Under the pieces are notes generated by a model. That model ran no database searches. It had not been told where the DNA came from and worked only from the letters and a program-made list of their open reading frames with translations. Position numbers and translations under genes: made by a program. This document shows positions 18,449 to 27,500 of a stretch of DNA of 64,000 nt, piece after piece; the stretch's first letter is position 1; each line of letters starts with the position of its first letter. Where the stretch lies: positions 62,001 to 126,000 of IMG/VR virus record IMGVR_UViG_3300032334_001259. The stretch is one strand, 5' to 3'.

Positions 18449-19096
18449 TTAGAACTTAACTGTGAAAGCACCTGTTACAGCGTCACCAGTTGCATTCCAT
18501 GTGCTATCATAGCTACGTGTAACGCTTAAACCAACTGAATAGTTTGATGTGATGTCATATGTTACGCCTGTACCAAGACGATGGCTTTCGTAAGCATTTG
18601 TAGTATCAAAAGCATTACGATAACGATAGTTGATAGCATTTAGAGTCAAGCCATCAACCAACTTGTAATCAGCTGCGCCATAAAGTGCATAGTATGGGAA
18701 GTTAGTTGTAGCAAAACGCTCACCAACACCAACCTTACCGCTGACAGTTACGCCAGAAAATGCAGGAAGTGCATAACCAGCTTGAACTTCAAGATTTTGC
18801 TTAAGAAGCGCACCTGAAACTTGAGTTGTGCTTGCAACGCCACTGACGCTGAAACCACCACCAAGATTATGCTTATAAGTTACACCATAAGCATCATCAA
18901 CCTTTGCACCAAAATTGTTGCCAAGGTCTTGACCATAGCTAACTGACAAGCTATCATTGCTTGCAGCTGGCTTTGCAGCTTCTGCAGCAACTGGCTTTGC
19001 CGCTTCTGGAGCCTTCTTCTTGTTTGGAAGGTCAGTTGCATTTGCAGTTGCAGTAAGAGCCAAAACAGCCAAAGTTGAAATAATAAGTTTCTTCAT
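18449..19096 (-). CDS. Outer-membrane beta-barrel protein (Omp25/RopB-like)
   Basis: Sec signal peptide ending ANA, then TDLPNKKKAP; alternating amphipathic strands; C-terminal Phe (VKF). Confidence 0.75.
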   Translation of the reverse strand: MKKLIISTLAVLALTATANATDLPNKKKAPEAAKPVAAEAAKPAASNDSLSVSYGQDLGNNFGAKVDDAYGVTYKHNLGGGFSVSGVASTTQVSGALLKQNLEVQAGYALPAFSGVTVSGKVGVGERFATTNFPYYALYGAADYKLVDGLTLNAINYRYRNAFDTTNAYESHRLGTGVTYDITSNYSVGLSVTRSYDSTWNATGDAVTGAFTVKF

Positions 19097-19326
19097 TTTA
19101 AATTTTCCTTTCAGATTGTGGTTATATCATAGACAACGAAGTTTGTCTAATTTTTTTATCAACCAATTTTATTATTAGTTGAAGGCAACGTATGATTTTA
19201 CTCCCACGGTGTTAAAAATTCGATTTGCATCGCTGCCATGCCCCCCACAATGTTGGGAAGCATAGATATTTATCCCAATGCAATGCAACATAAAATAAAA
19301 TGACCAAATAATCAATAAATATTTTA

Positions 19327-20205
19327 ATGCTATTGAGTGAATTATACGACGATCAGCTTAATGAGGGACCATGGACAGATGCCCTAAAACGTCTGGCAAT
19401 GGCTGGAACCGTAGCAACTGGAATAGGAACTGCTGGAATTAGTGCATATAATGCACAAAAATCACCAGAACCAGTAACTGCTGTGGCCCAAATACCACAA
19501 ACACAACAAACTGACATCAAAGCAGAACCAGCGATACAAAAAGCACAAAAAAGTATTAATCCAAACTTTCCAAAATCACTTGCCGATGTTGACAAATTAC
19601 AACCAGGTGCACGTGTAGAAACATTTATTAAGACACTACTACCAATGGTTCAAGCAGAAAATAATAAAATTTTACAAGATCGTCGCAGACTTATACAAGA
19701 TATTAAAATTTTAAAAAGTGGTAAAAAATTATCCAATGAAGAAACTACTTGGGTTCGTAGTTTAGTTGAAAAATATGGTGAAGATAACCTATATGAATTA
19801 GCTAAAAAAGTTGATATCATTCCACCAAGTATTGCATTAGCACAGGCTGGCATTGAAAGTAGTTGGGGAACTGATCCTAAAACTGTAAGCAGTAATGCAT
19901 TTTATGGACAAAAATCATGGGCTAAAAGCGGCGGTGTTGAAGGTCCATATGGTGAACGTTATCGTGCTTTTGAAACACCAAGTCATAGTATTGCGGCATA
20001 TATGACCAATCTTAATACACATAATGCTTATGATGAGTTTCGTGACGCACGTGCAGAATTACGTAAAACTGGCAAACCAGTTGTAGGGTTAGAATTAGTG
20101 CCAAAATTGGTGGCTTATACCGATACGGGTAGCCAATATCCCAAAAAACTTAAAAGTATCATACAAGGGCGCAATTTAGGTCAGTATGACTTACCTAAAA
20201 AATAA
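19327..20205 (+). CDS. GH73 glucosaminidase (Bax-like peptidoglycan hydrolase)
   Basis: IPPSIALAQAGIESSWGT, NAFYGQ, F...SI.AYM.NLNTH.AY, terminal AY...Y motif; N-terminal hydrophobic stretch; late promoter AATAAATA at 19314-19321. Confidence 0.82.
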   Translation: MLLSELYDDQLNEGPWTDALKRLAMAGTVATGIGTAGISAYNAQKSPEPVTAVAQIPQTQQTDIKAEPAIQKAQKSINPNFPKSLADVDKLQPGARVETFIKTLLPMVQAENNKILQDRRRLIQDIKILKSGKKLSNEETTWVRSLVEKYGEDNLYELAKKVDIIPPSIALAQAGIESSWGTDPKTVSSNAFYGQKSWAKSGGVEGPYGERYRAFETPSHSIAAYMTNLNTHNAYDEFRDARAELRKTGKPVVGLELVPKLVAYTDTGSQYPKKLKSIIQGRNLGQYDLPKK

Positions 20206-20207
20206 TG

Positions 20208-20236
20208 CTTGACAACCTATAAATCCGTGTTATATT
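20208..20236 (+). promoter_or_regulatory. Early sigma70-type promoter
   Basis: CTTGACA...TGT-TATATT followed by AGGAG RBS. Confidence 0.65.
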
Positions 20237-20266
20237 GGGTTGTAAGTTGAAAAACAGGAGATTTTT

Positions 20267-20959
20267 ATGCCTAATTGGTGCTATAACCGTGCGACTTTTA
20301 CGCACGATGACCCCGAACAGATTACCCGTCTTGTCAATGCTGCCAAAGCTGGCAAGCTGTTTAATGAATTTTATCCTATGCCACCTGAATTACTTGAGGA
20401 AGCACCCGTAGGTGATGATTATCAAGAACGTAGTGCCGCTATTGCAAAACGCAATGAAGAAGAATTTGGGTATGTAAGTTGGTATGATTGGAGTATTGCA
20501 CATTGGGGAACTAAATGGGATATCTCCGAAATGGATGATGACGACAATTTTAACATCACAAATGATGGCAAAACTGTATCGTTTAGTTTTGATACAGCTT
20601 GGGCACCGCCTACTGAATGGTATGATAACATTGATGGTTTCCACATTGAAGCATATTATCATGAACCTGGTGTTGGTTTCTGTGGTAAATGGACCAGTGA
20701 AGATGGCGATGACCAATATGAAATTGACATGATGGAAGATATTGAGAGCGTTAAAGAACGTATTCCAAGTGACATTCTTGATGAGTTTGGTATTCTTGAT
20801 GACATGGAAATGTATCAAGAAGAAAATCAAGAAGAACTTGAAGAAGACGATGGTGAAGAATGGTGGAGTGCAGACGAAGCACTTGAGGGCATTGATGTTG
20901 GTGAAGTAACTATTGAAATTAAACCAAGTGAAGATGATGAAGAAGGAGAAGACAAGTGA
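20267..20959 (+). CDS. MPNWC-family ferredoxin-like protein (DUF1281/YubB-like)
   Basis: MPNWCYN, WYDW.I.HWGTKWD, FDTAWAPP, Y.EPG..F.G; acidic tail. Confidence 0.75.
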   Translation: MPNWCYNRATFTHDDPEQITRLVNAAKAGKLFNEFYPMPPELLEEAPVGDDYQERSAAIAKRNEEEFGYVSWYDWSIAHWGTKWDISEMDDDDNFNITNDGKTVSFSFDTAWAPPTEWYDNIDGFHIEAYYHEPGVGFCGKWTSEDGDDQYEIDMMEDIESVKERIPSDILDEFGILDDMEMYQEENQEELEEDDGEEWWSADEALEGIDVGEVTIEIKPSEDDEEGEDK

Positions 20960-21099
20960 AGCAGTTTACCTTTAAGATGGATGATGGCGGTATTTTTCTT
21001 TGCATCGCACGTGATTTTCGTAGTGCATGTTTGCTTTTTGATCAAAACCAAATGGGTTTCAAGGCACAAGATATTCTTGAAATCGTAGAACGTGCCTAA
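20956..21099 (+). CDS. Small hypothetical protein (not in ORF track)
   Basis: GTG start overlapping the previous stop, GGAG RBS; MKQFTFKMDDGGIFLCIARDFRSACLLFDQNQMGFKAQDILEIVERA, 47 aa. Confidence 0.5.
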   Translation: MKQFTFKMDDGGIFLCIARDFRSACLLFDQNQMGFKAQDILEIVERA

Positions 21100-21367
21100 A
21101 ATCTACGCACTACCAAGTAAAATATTAGTTGCAGAAACGCTGGTCAAGTGGGAAGTGCTTGACTGGCTTTCTCGCAATATAGGCATTGTTCATAGAAGTG
21201 AAGACCCACAAAAACCTATTCATAGCGGTGAGGGTTGGAGATTTATTTTTACATACAGATTTGCTTCTATTAATACACGTAGAACTACTGTAAAAATTGA
21301 ATTTGATGATAGCGTTCCAGATGATATAATACTTTATTTTTTATTGCGATTTGGTGATAGCATATGA
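21092..21367 (+). CDS. Small protein of the F-x-L/M-R-W/F-G family
   Basis: 91 aa ending DDIILYFLLRFGDSI. Confidence 0.6.
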   Translation: MPKIYALPSKILVAETLVKWEVLDWLSRNIGIVHRSEDPQKPIHSGEGWRFIFTYRFASINTRRTTVKIEFDDSVPDDIILYFLLRFGDSI

Positions 21368-21663
21368 GTAATACACCAGTAGGACAAATATGGTTTGACA
21401 CTGCAACGAGTGAACTTAAGATGTATGATGGTATGGGTTGGATAACTATTAGGAAAATGCCATACACCCAAGACCCATTCAACACTGGTGCAAAGTTTGT
21501 TAAAAGATTTGCATTTTTACCACACAAATGTCATCTAACTGGTCGTAAAATATGGTTAGAATGGGCAATTCGTGGCGAACTAAATGATTTGATTGCCAGA
21601 TATAAAGAATTTCGTTGGTATGATAAGTTTGAATATCTAAATTGGACAATTGCAAATGCTTGA
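21364..21663 (+). CDS. Hypothetical protein
   Basis: 99 aa; overlaps neighbours in the operon. Confidence 0.6.
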   Translation: MSNTPVGQIWFDTATSELKMYDGMGWITIRKMPYTQDPFNTGAKFVKRFAFLPHKCHLTGRKIWLEWAIRGELNDLIARYKEFRWYDKFEYLNWTIANA

Positions 21664-21901
21664 TTTAGACTTTGAAAATGGTTTTTGGATTTCAACTGAT
21701 TGGACAGATGCAACCGATACCATGTGGAAAAACTTTAAAACTTACTGCAAGAGCAAAGGTAACAATAATGAAGTTATTTTACTGACGGAGTTTAATGCCA
21801 AAGCACAAAGATATGTTGGTGATGATGATGAAGATGACCAATGGTTTATACGATTTAATACACCAGAAGATTATACTTTTTTTGTAATGAGATTTGGATA
21901 A
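21650..21901 (+). CDS. Small protein of the F-x-L/M-R-W/F-G family
   Basis: 83 aa ending EDYTFFVMRFG. Confidence 0.6.
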   Translation: MQMLDLDFENGFWISTDWTDATDTMWKNFKTYCKSKGNNNEVILLTEFNAKAQRYVGDDDEDDQWFIRFNTPEDYTFFVMRFG

Positions 21902-22131
21902 TGACAAAAATAAGGGTCCATGATTTAGGACCGCAACGGTGGCATATGACTATCAGGTTTACTGATAATGGCACTATAAACTTTGAGTTTAAGAAATGGA
22001 TGAACGACAATTATCCAGATTGCCTTTGCATACACAGATTTAATAACGGTGAACCATTTTGGGAAGTTCGTGGCGGTGATCCAAGTGACCAAGCATTTAT
22101 AGCAATGCGTTGGGGTGGAGAAAATAATTGA
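21901..22131 (+). CDS. Small protein of the F-x-L/M-R-W/F-G family
   Basis: 76 aa ending SDQAFIAMRWGGENN. Confidence 0.6.
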   Translation: MTKIRVHDLGPQRWHMTIRFTDNGTINFEFKKWMNDNYPDCLCIHRFNNGEPFWEVRGGDPSDQAFIAMRWGGENN

Positions 22132-22155
22132 CATCATATAAAATTGTGTTATTAT
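22128..22155 (+). promoter_or_regulatory. Early sigma70-type promoter
   Basis: TTGACA...TGT-TATTAT. Confidence 0.6.
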
Positions 22156-22177
22156 AATAATAAACACAGGACTTACT

Positions 22178-22399
22178 ATGGTTAGAAAAAGCAGCGAAAT
22201 TATTGAAGATTTTATTAAGTCACTAGAAACTCTTGTTGATGCACTTGATGATGAATGGCATCACAATGATGAAGGTGAATGGCGCATGGCAGATAATATT
22301 CGTAAAAATGTGCTACCAATTGCTAAACAGCGATTTAAAGAACATCTTGATGAATATATTGACCGCAGAATTGAAACTTATTTGGAGAAAAACAAATGA
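22178..22399 (+). CDS. Hypothetical protein
   Basis: 73-aa helical ORF with AGGA RBS. Confidence 0.6.
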   Translation: MVRKSSEIIEDFIKSLETLVDALDDEWHHNDEGEWRMADNIRKNVLPIAKQRFKEHLDEYIDRRIETYLEKNK

Positions 22400-22860
22400 C
22401 AGATGAAACCGAAAAAATGATTAAATGGAAAGTTTCACCACGTTATAAGAAAAGTGTAATTGATATTGAAACTTTTCGCAATGGTGAAAATGAAATTACT
22501 TTGGAAACTGGCTGGCGTTGGGGTCATGTCGTTCTTCTTGTTCCAGAAGGCATTGACTTGGTAACACAACTTAATCCAGAAGAAAATACACGTATCCAAA
22601 TTGATGGTTTAGAATATGATATCTATGATCGTGAAATGGATGATGGTTGTTGGGAAGAATGGGATTTAGATGCACTTGATGATGAAGAAGAATTTATTGA
22701 AGCATGGGATGAAGATTCACACGATGGCATAGCAAATCTTGGTTGGGAAGCGTGGGACAGTGAATTGTTCTTTGATGGTCCACTTGATATAGAAAATCTT
22801 GGCGAACATGTGCCGCCAGTGTGGGATGAAGAAGAAGATGATGAGGATCAAGAACAATGA
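22396..22860 (+). CDS. Highly acidic hypothetical protein
   Basis: 154 aa, Asp/Glu/Trp-rich; ATGA overlaps. Confidence 0.65.
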   Translation: MTDETEKMIKWKVSPRYKKSVIDIETFRNGENEITLETGWRWGHVVLLVPEGIDLVTQLNPEENTRIQIDGLEYDIYDREMDDGCWEEWDLDALDDEEEFIEAWDEDSHDGIANLGWEAWDSELFFDGPLDIENLGEHVPPVWDEEEDDEDQEQ

Positions 22861-23102
22861 CATATAAAATCTCTATAAGCGATGAAACAGCAGAAAGCAT
22901 GTTCCGTGATATGCTTATTGAAGATTATCGTCGTGTTCGCAATGACATCTATAACATGACCAACAAGGCTGCAGAGTTTGGTAAACTTGAAAAGTATGAA
23001 AGTGAAGATTTAGAAGATTGGAAACGTTGGTTTGGTGCAATGAAAATCCTTATGGAATATTATTTGCCACAAAATCAGTATAATGAAGTTGTAGGCGAAT
23101 GA
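22857..23102 (+). CDS. Hypothetical protein
   Basis: 81 aa; ATGA overlaps. Confidence 0.6.
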   Translation: MTYKISISDETAESMFRDMLIEDYRRVRNDIYNMTNKAAEFGKLEKYESEDLEDWKRWFGAMKILMEYYLPQNQYNEVVGE

Positions 23103-23359
23103 AAATAGTAGGTAAACTACGTGATATAGCAGAAGAATGTGAACGTGGTGAACGTTCACCTATTAGCGGTATTTCCACTTGGCCAAAGGAAACTACGGTT
23201 GAGTGGAAAGCTGCACATGTTATTGAACAATCTATGGCGGCATTACTAACTATTATTGAAACTGATGAAGCTGTGCCAAGTGAAGCATTACGTTTTATGG
23301 CGCAACGTAATTTTGAAATATTAACTGGAATGTGCAATGACCCAGAACTGGACAGTTAA
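23099..23359 (+). CDS. Hypothetical protein
   Basis: 86 aa; ATGA overlap. Confidence 0.55.
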   Translation: MKIVGKLRDIAEECERGERSPISGISTWPKETTVEWKAAHVIEQSMAALLTIIETDEAVPSEALRFMAQRNFEILTGMCNDPELDS

Positions 23360-23510
23360 ACTTATAGAAGAAGATGGTGAATTATTTTTGCCATTTCCAG
23401 AAGATGTAATTAAAGTTCTTGATTGGGAAGAAGGCACTGTTGTATGTTGGGAAATCACTACCAATGGTTTAAGTCTTAAAAAGATGGAAAAAAAGGATGA
23501 TGGTGAATGA
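23337..23510 (+). CDS. AbrB/MazE/SpoVT-family DNA-binding protein (not in ORF track)
   Basis: MTQNWTVKLIEEDGELFLPFPEDVIKVLDWEEGTVVCWEITTNGLSLKK..., 57 aa; swapped-hairpin signature LPFPEDV...LDW.EG..V.W. Confidence 0.75.
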   Translation: MTQNWTVKLIEEDGELFLPFPEDVIKVLDWEEGTVVCWEITTNGLSLKKMEKKDDGE

Positions 23511-23713
23511 AATATGTGTCAGTGATCGCATTAGGCATTGTGCTGTGTGCTTGCAGTAAAACACTAGATTATGCACTACCACAAAATCCTACTGGTATTG
23601 AACGTAAATTACTTACGGTTCCGCATCGTGACTGGATTGAAAGTGGTTGTTATCCAAAGTTAGTAGATGGTCAAGATGTGAAAGTATGTAATGCGAATAC
23701 AAATAGTAAGTGA
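23507..23713 (+). CDS. Small lipoprotein
   Basis: Signal peptide II with lipobox LCAC. Confidence 0.6.
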   Translation: MKYVSVIALGIVLCACSKTLDYALPQNPTGIERKLLTVPHRDWIESGCYPKLVDGQDVKVCNANTNSK

Positions 23714-24515
23714 TTTACATTTAGAGTTTGCTGAAATACCAACAATTAAAAATGTGGGTGCAGAAGTGCTTGTGCTTGGCGGCGACATTTGTGTTGCCCA
23801 ACATCTATATCGTCATCCACGCAATAATCTTCGTAATAATGATGGACATGCTGTTGATGCCGCAAAATATCGTGATTTCTTCCAATATTGCAGTGATAAT
23901 TGGGAAAGTGTAATTTACCTTGCGGGTAACCACGAACATTATAGTGGTCGTTGGGATAGAACTGCACAAGTCTTACGTGAAGAAACAGAAAATTATCATA
24001 ATATATTATTTTGTGACCAAGATCGTGTAGATTTTGGTGATGTAGTATTTTTAGCAACTTCACTGTGGACTGATTTTAATAATCATGATCCACTTACAAT
24101 TATGTCAGCAAGTGATATGATGAATGATTATCGTGCTATTACTGAAAGTCCAAAGGATTTTGTATATCATAAACTACGTCCAACTACTGCACTTGCTAAA
24201 CATGTTGCTGATTTAGAATGGTTGCGTGTTCAGTTGGCATTGTTGCGAGACCGTAAGGTTGTTGTATGCACACATCACGCACCAAGTCACAGTAGTATTC
24301 ATCACACTTATGCGCATCAGCATGTTATGAATGGTTGTTTTGTAAGTAATCTTGATGGGTTTATTATGGATCATCCACAAATTAAACTTTTTACTCACGG
24401 ACACGTTCATAACGTCTTTGACTATTATATTGGCGAGACACGTGTAGTCTGTAATCCCAGAGGGTATCCAGGTGAACACAGTGGTTGGAACCCACAATTC
24501 ACCGTTGAGGTTTAA
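23691..24515 (+). CDS. Calcineurin-like metallophosphoesterase
   Basis: SDLH, GGDI, GNHE, THH, HGHVH and NPRGY motifs. Confidence 0.9.
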   Translation: MRIQIVSDLHLEFAEIPTIKNVGAEVLVLGGDICVAQHLYRHPRNNLRNNDGHAVDAAKYRDFFQYCSDNWESVIYLAGNHEHYSGRWDRTAQVLREETENYHNILFCDQDRVDFGDVVFLATSLWTDFNNHDPLTIMSASDMMNDYRAITESPKDFVYHKLRPTTALAKHVADLEWLRVQLALLRDRKVVVCTHHAPSHSSIHHTYAHQHVMNGCFVSNLDGFIMDHPQIKLFTHGHVHNVFDYYIGETRVVCNPRGYPGEHSGWNPQFTVEV

Positions 24516-27500
24516 GCCCAAGTTCCTACGCTTGTATTACCAGTAATACTACCAACTGGCCAAATCTGCATAAATGCACCAGATTGTAATATTGAACTGC
24601 TACCAGGTGTGTTAGTAAATCCGATAAGTGGATTGATATAACCACCTGTTGTAACATCTATGTCACCATCTATAATCAAGTTATAATATTGTGATGATAA
24701 TCCACTTGTTGGTGTAATAGTTACAGGATTTGTAAAGTTAGCAGTCAAGTAATTGCTCATCTGGTAAGCTGCGTTTAGTGCTTGTTGGCTTGAACCGCAA
24801 GCAGGATTTACAACATATGTATGATGTTGTAGAACAGCATTGCTTTGACCGTTGAAACTACCACCCATAGCATAAGTTACTGCTGCACTTGATGCACTGC
24901 TACTCTTGTAAACAACAGCCATAATGCGGTAGATATAACGAGTGCTACTACTTACTACAACACCATTACCTAAACCAAACATAGGTTGTAAACTTGTACG
25001 ATTTGTAATACTAACGTTAGCATTTGGAATAAATGTTTGAGTTGCTGGTAATAGACCACGTTGACTATCTTGTGGTGTAAAGTAAAGAACTTGTCCATCG
25101 TATTCTGTATCACCATTAGTAATGTTGCTATTTGATTGTAGAACACCAGTTTGGAATGTAAGTGGTGCAGTGCTTGTAGTGCCTGCACTTAACGTTACAC
25201 GACTATTTGCAACAATAGCAATATTACCAGCACTTATATTACCACCATAAACTGGCATATAAGCGGCAACATTGGCATTACTATAAACAGATTTTGAAGA
25301 TATTGCACTGTTCATAGCAATTAGATTTGCATTTATGCTACTGATTTCACCTTCTTGGTAAGATGCATTAGCGTTCCATGCAGTGATAACATTGTTGATC
25401 TGTATGCCAAGACTGCTGTTAGCAGCATTGATGTTAGCACGAAGACCACTGATTTCATTTTCTTGGTAAGCGGCATTTGCCAACCAATTAGTTGCGGCAT
25501 AAGAATTAGCAGAAGTAATAGCACTATTTGCCGCCGCAATGTTTGCTTGTAGCGCACTGATTAGATTTGCTTGTGTAGCGGCATTAGATACCCAACCAGT
25601 AGAATTATAACTGTTTGCGGCAACGATAGCGGCATTTGCAGCCTCAACATTTGCACGTAGTGCTGTAATTTCATCTTCTTGATAAGCCGCATTAGCATTC
25701 CAAGTAGTGATGATTGTAGTAGTATTTGCTTGCCATGCACTTGTAACCGCACTGTTGGCAGTCACGATAGCACTATTTGCCGCTGTGATATTAGCACGTA
25801 GACCACTTATATCATTGGCTTGTGATGCGGCGTTTGCGTTCCAATTTACAATAATATTATTAAGTGATGTGGCAGTTGCGGCATTAGCGGCAGTCAAGCC
25901 AGCCTGAACAGCAACAATTTGACTATCTTGGTAAGCGGCATTAGCAGTCCAAGCCGCAGTTACCGCAATATTTGCATTAATAATAGCGGCATTTGCACCA
26001 CTAATATTATTATTTGCGGCATTTATATTAGCACGTAAACCACTGATTTCAGTTTCTTGGAAAGCGGCATTTGCTTGCCATGCACTGGTTACAGCATTAT
26101 TAGCATTTATAATAGCACTATTAGCCGCAGTAACATTTGCATTTGTGCTTGCGATAGCACTATTAGCGGCATTGATATTAGCAGTAAGTGCAGTAATTAA
26201 ATCTGCTTGTGTAGCGGCATTACTGACCCAACCACTGCTATTATAACTATTAGCGGCAATAATTGCGGCATTTGCTGCGGCAACATTTGCATTAAGTAGT
26301 GCAATTTCATTTTCTTGATAAGCGGCATTAGCATACCAAGATGTTGAAGCATAACTGTTAGCGGCACTAATAGCACTATTAGCGGCATTTACATTTGCTT
26401 GCAGTTGTGTGACTGTTGCATAATTGCTGTCGTTTGTAAATGTAGAAATAAGTGTAGGTTGGTTATACCATACTGCACCGTTAGAACTGTTATAATTTAT
26501 ACTGCCAGCCGCACTTATAGAACTGCGAGCACGTGCTGTTGTAAAGAATTGGTTTGTATCTTCTGTAAGATTCTTGGTGTTAGCATAAAGTCCAGTTGCA
26601 ACTACATTGCTCATATACCAAGCAACATTAGTAACATAACCAACTCTTGCGCCAATTGTAGTATTACCAACGTGGAATACCAATGCTGTGTTAGCAGTTT
26701 GTGTTCCAAGTGATAGATTACCACCATTTACGTATAGGTAACCATCATTAGCACCACCAATGTTATAATTTGGATCATTATAAACACTGCTGTTTATACC
26801 CATATCGATATAGTTTGCACCATCAGTGCCAATATCATTTTCTGCAACAAAGTCAGTAGATGCACTGCCACCTTTATAATGGTTTGTATGAACAACTTGA
26901 CTATAAGCATTGATATTACTGTCTATTTGTAAATCAGCATTAGGATAATCATAACCAATATATGCGGCACCAAAGTGACCAGCGTCAGTGAAATAACCAA
27001 ATGTTGCACTTACATTACTTGCATTTAAATTACCAGTAGTAATACCAGTTGTGCCACCATCTACAAGCCAACTATCACTTGCTTGGTCATACTTAATATA
27101 TTTGCTTATACCACTTGCAACATTACCTAAAACAATACCACCACCACTTATTGCTGATAGTGTATTAGCAGTATTACCAAGATAAAGCACTGTGCCTACT
27201 GTTACAGCAGGTTGAATACTATATGTATTGCCAAGAACAGTAAGATTGCTTACAGTTAGGTTAGCAAATGTTACGTTACTATTTGTGCCAATGTTTTGTG
27301 GTAAACTTAATGTAACAACATTACCAACATTAGTAACATTGATTTGGTTTGCTGTGCCATTAACGCCAAGAATACCAGTGCTATCAACAGTGACTGCACC
27401 AGTAGAACCAGTAACATAGATACCAGCACCAGCAGTTAAACTTGTAACAGCACTGGTTGAATTAAATGCAGTGGTTTGGCGAGTATTATCAGCAAATGTA

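Noticed and set aside
19198-19263. 21-aa minus-strand mini-ORF (MLPNIVGGMAAMQIEFLTPWE) upstream of the OMP gene
   Set aside because: No clear RBS and no terminator/antiterminator partner; cannot be distinguished from chance
23337-23713. Toxin-antitoxin pair (AbrB-type plus downstream ORF)
   Set aside because: The downstream ORF is a lipoprotein, not a MazF/VapC-type toxin
25300-26410. Possible CRISPR array or non-coding tandem repeats
   Set aside because: The repeats are degenerate, in-frame and protein-coding, with no constant repeat/unique spacer structure and no cas genes
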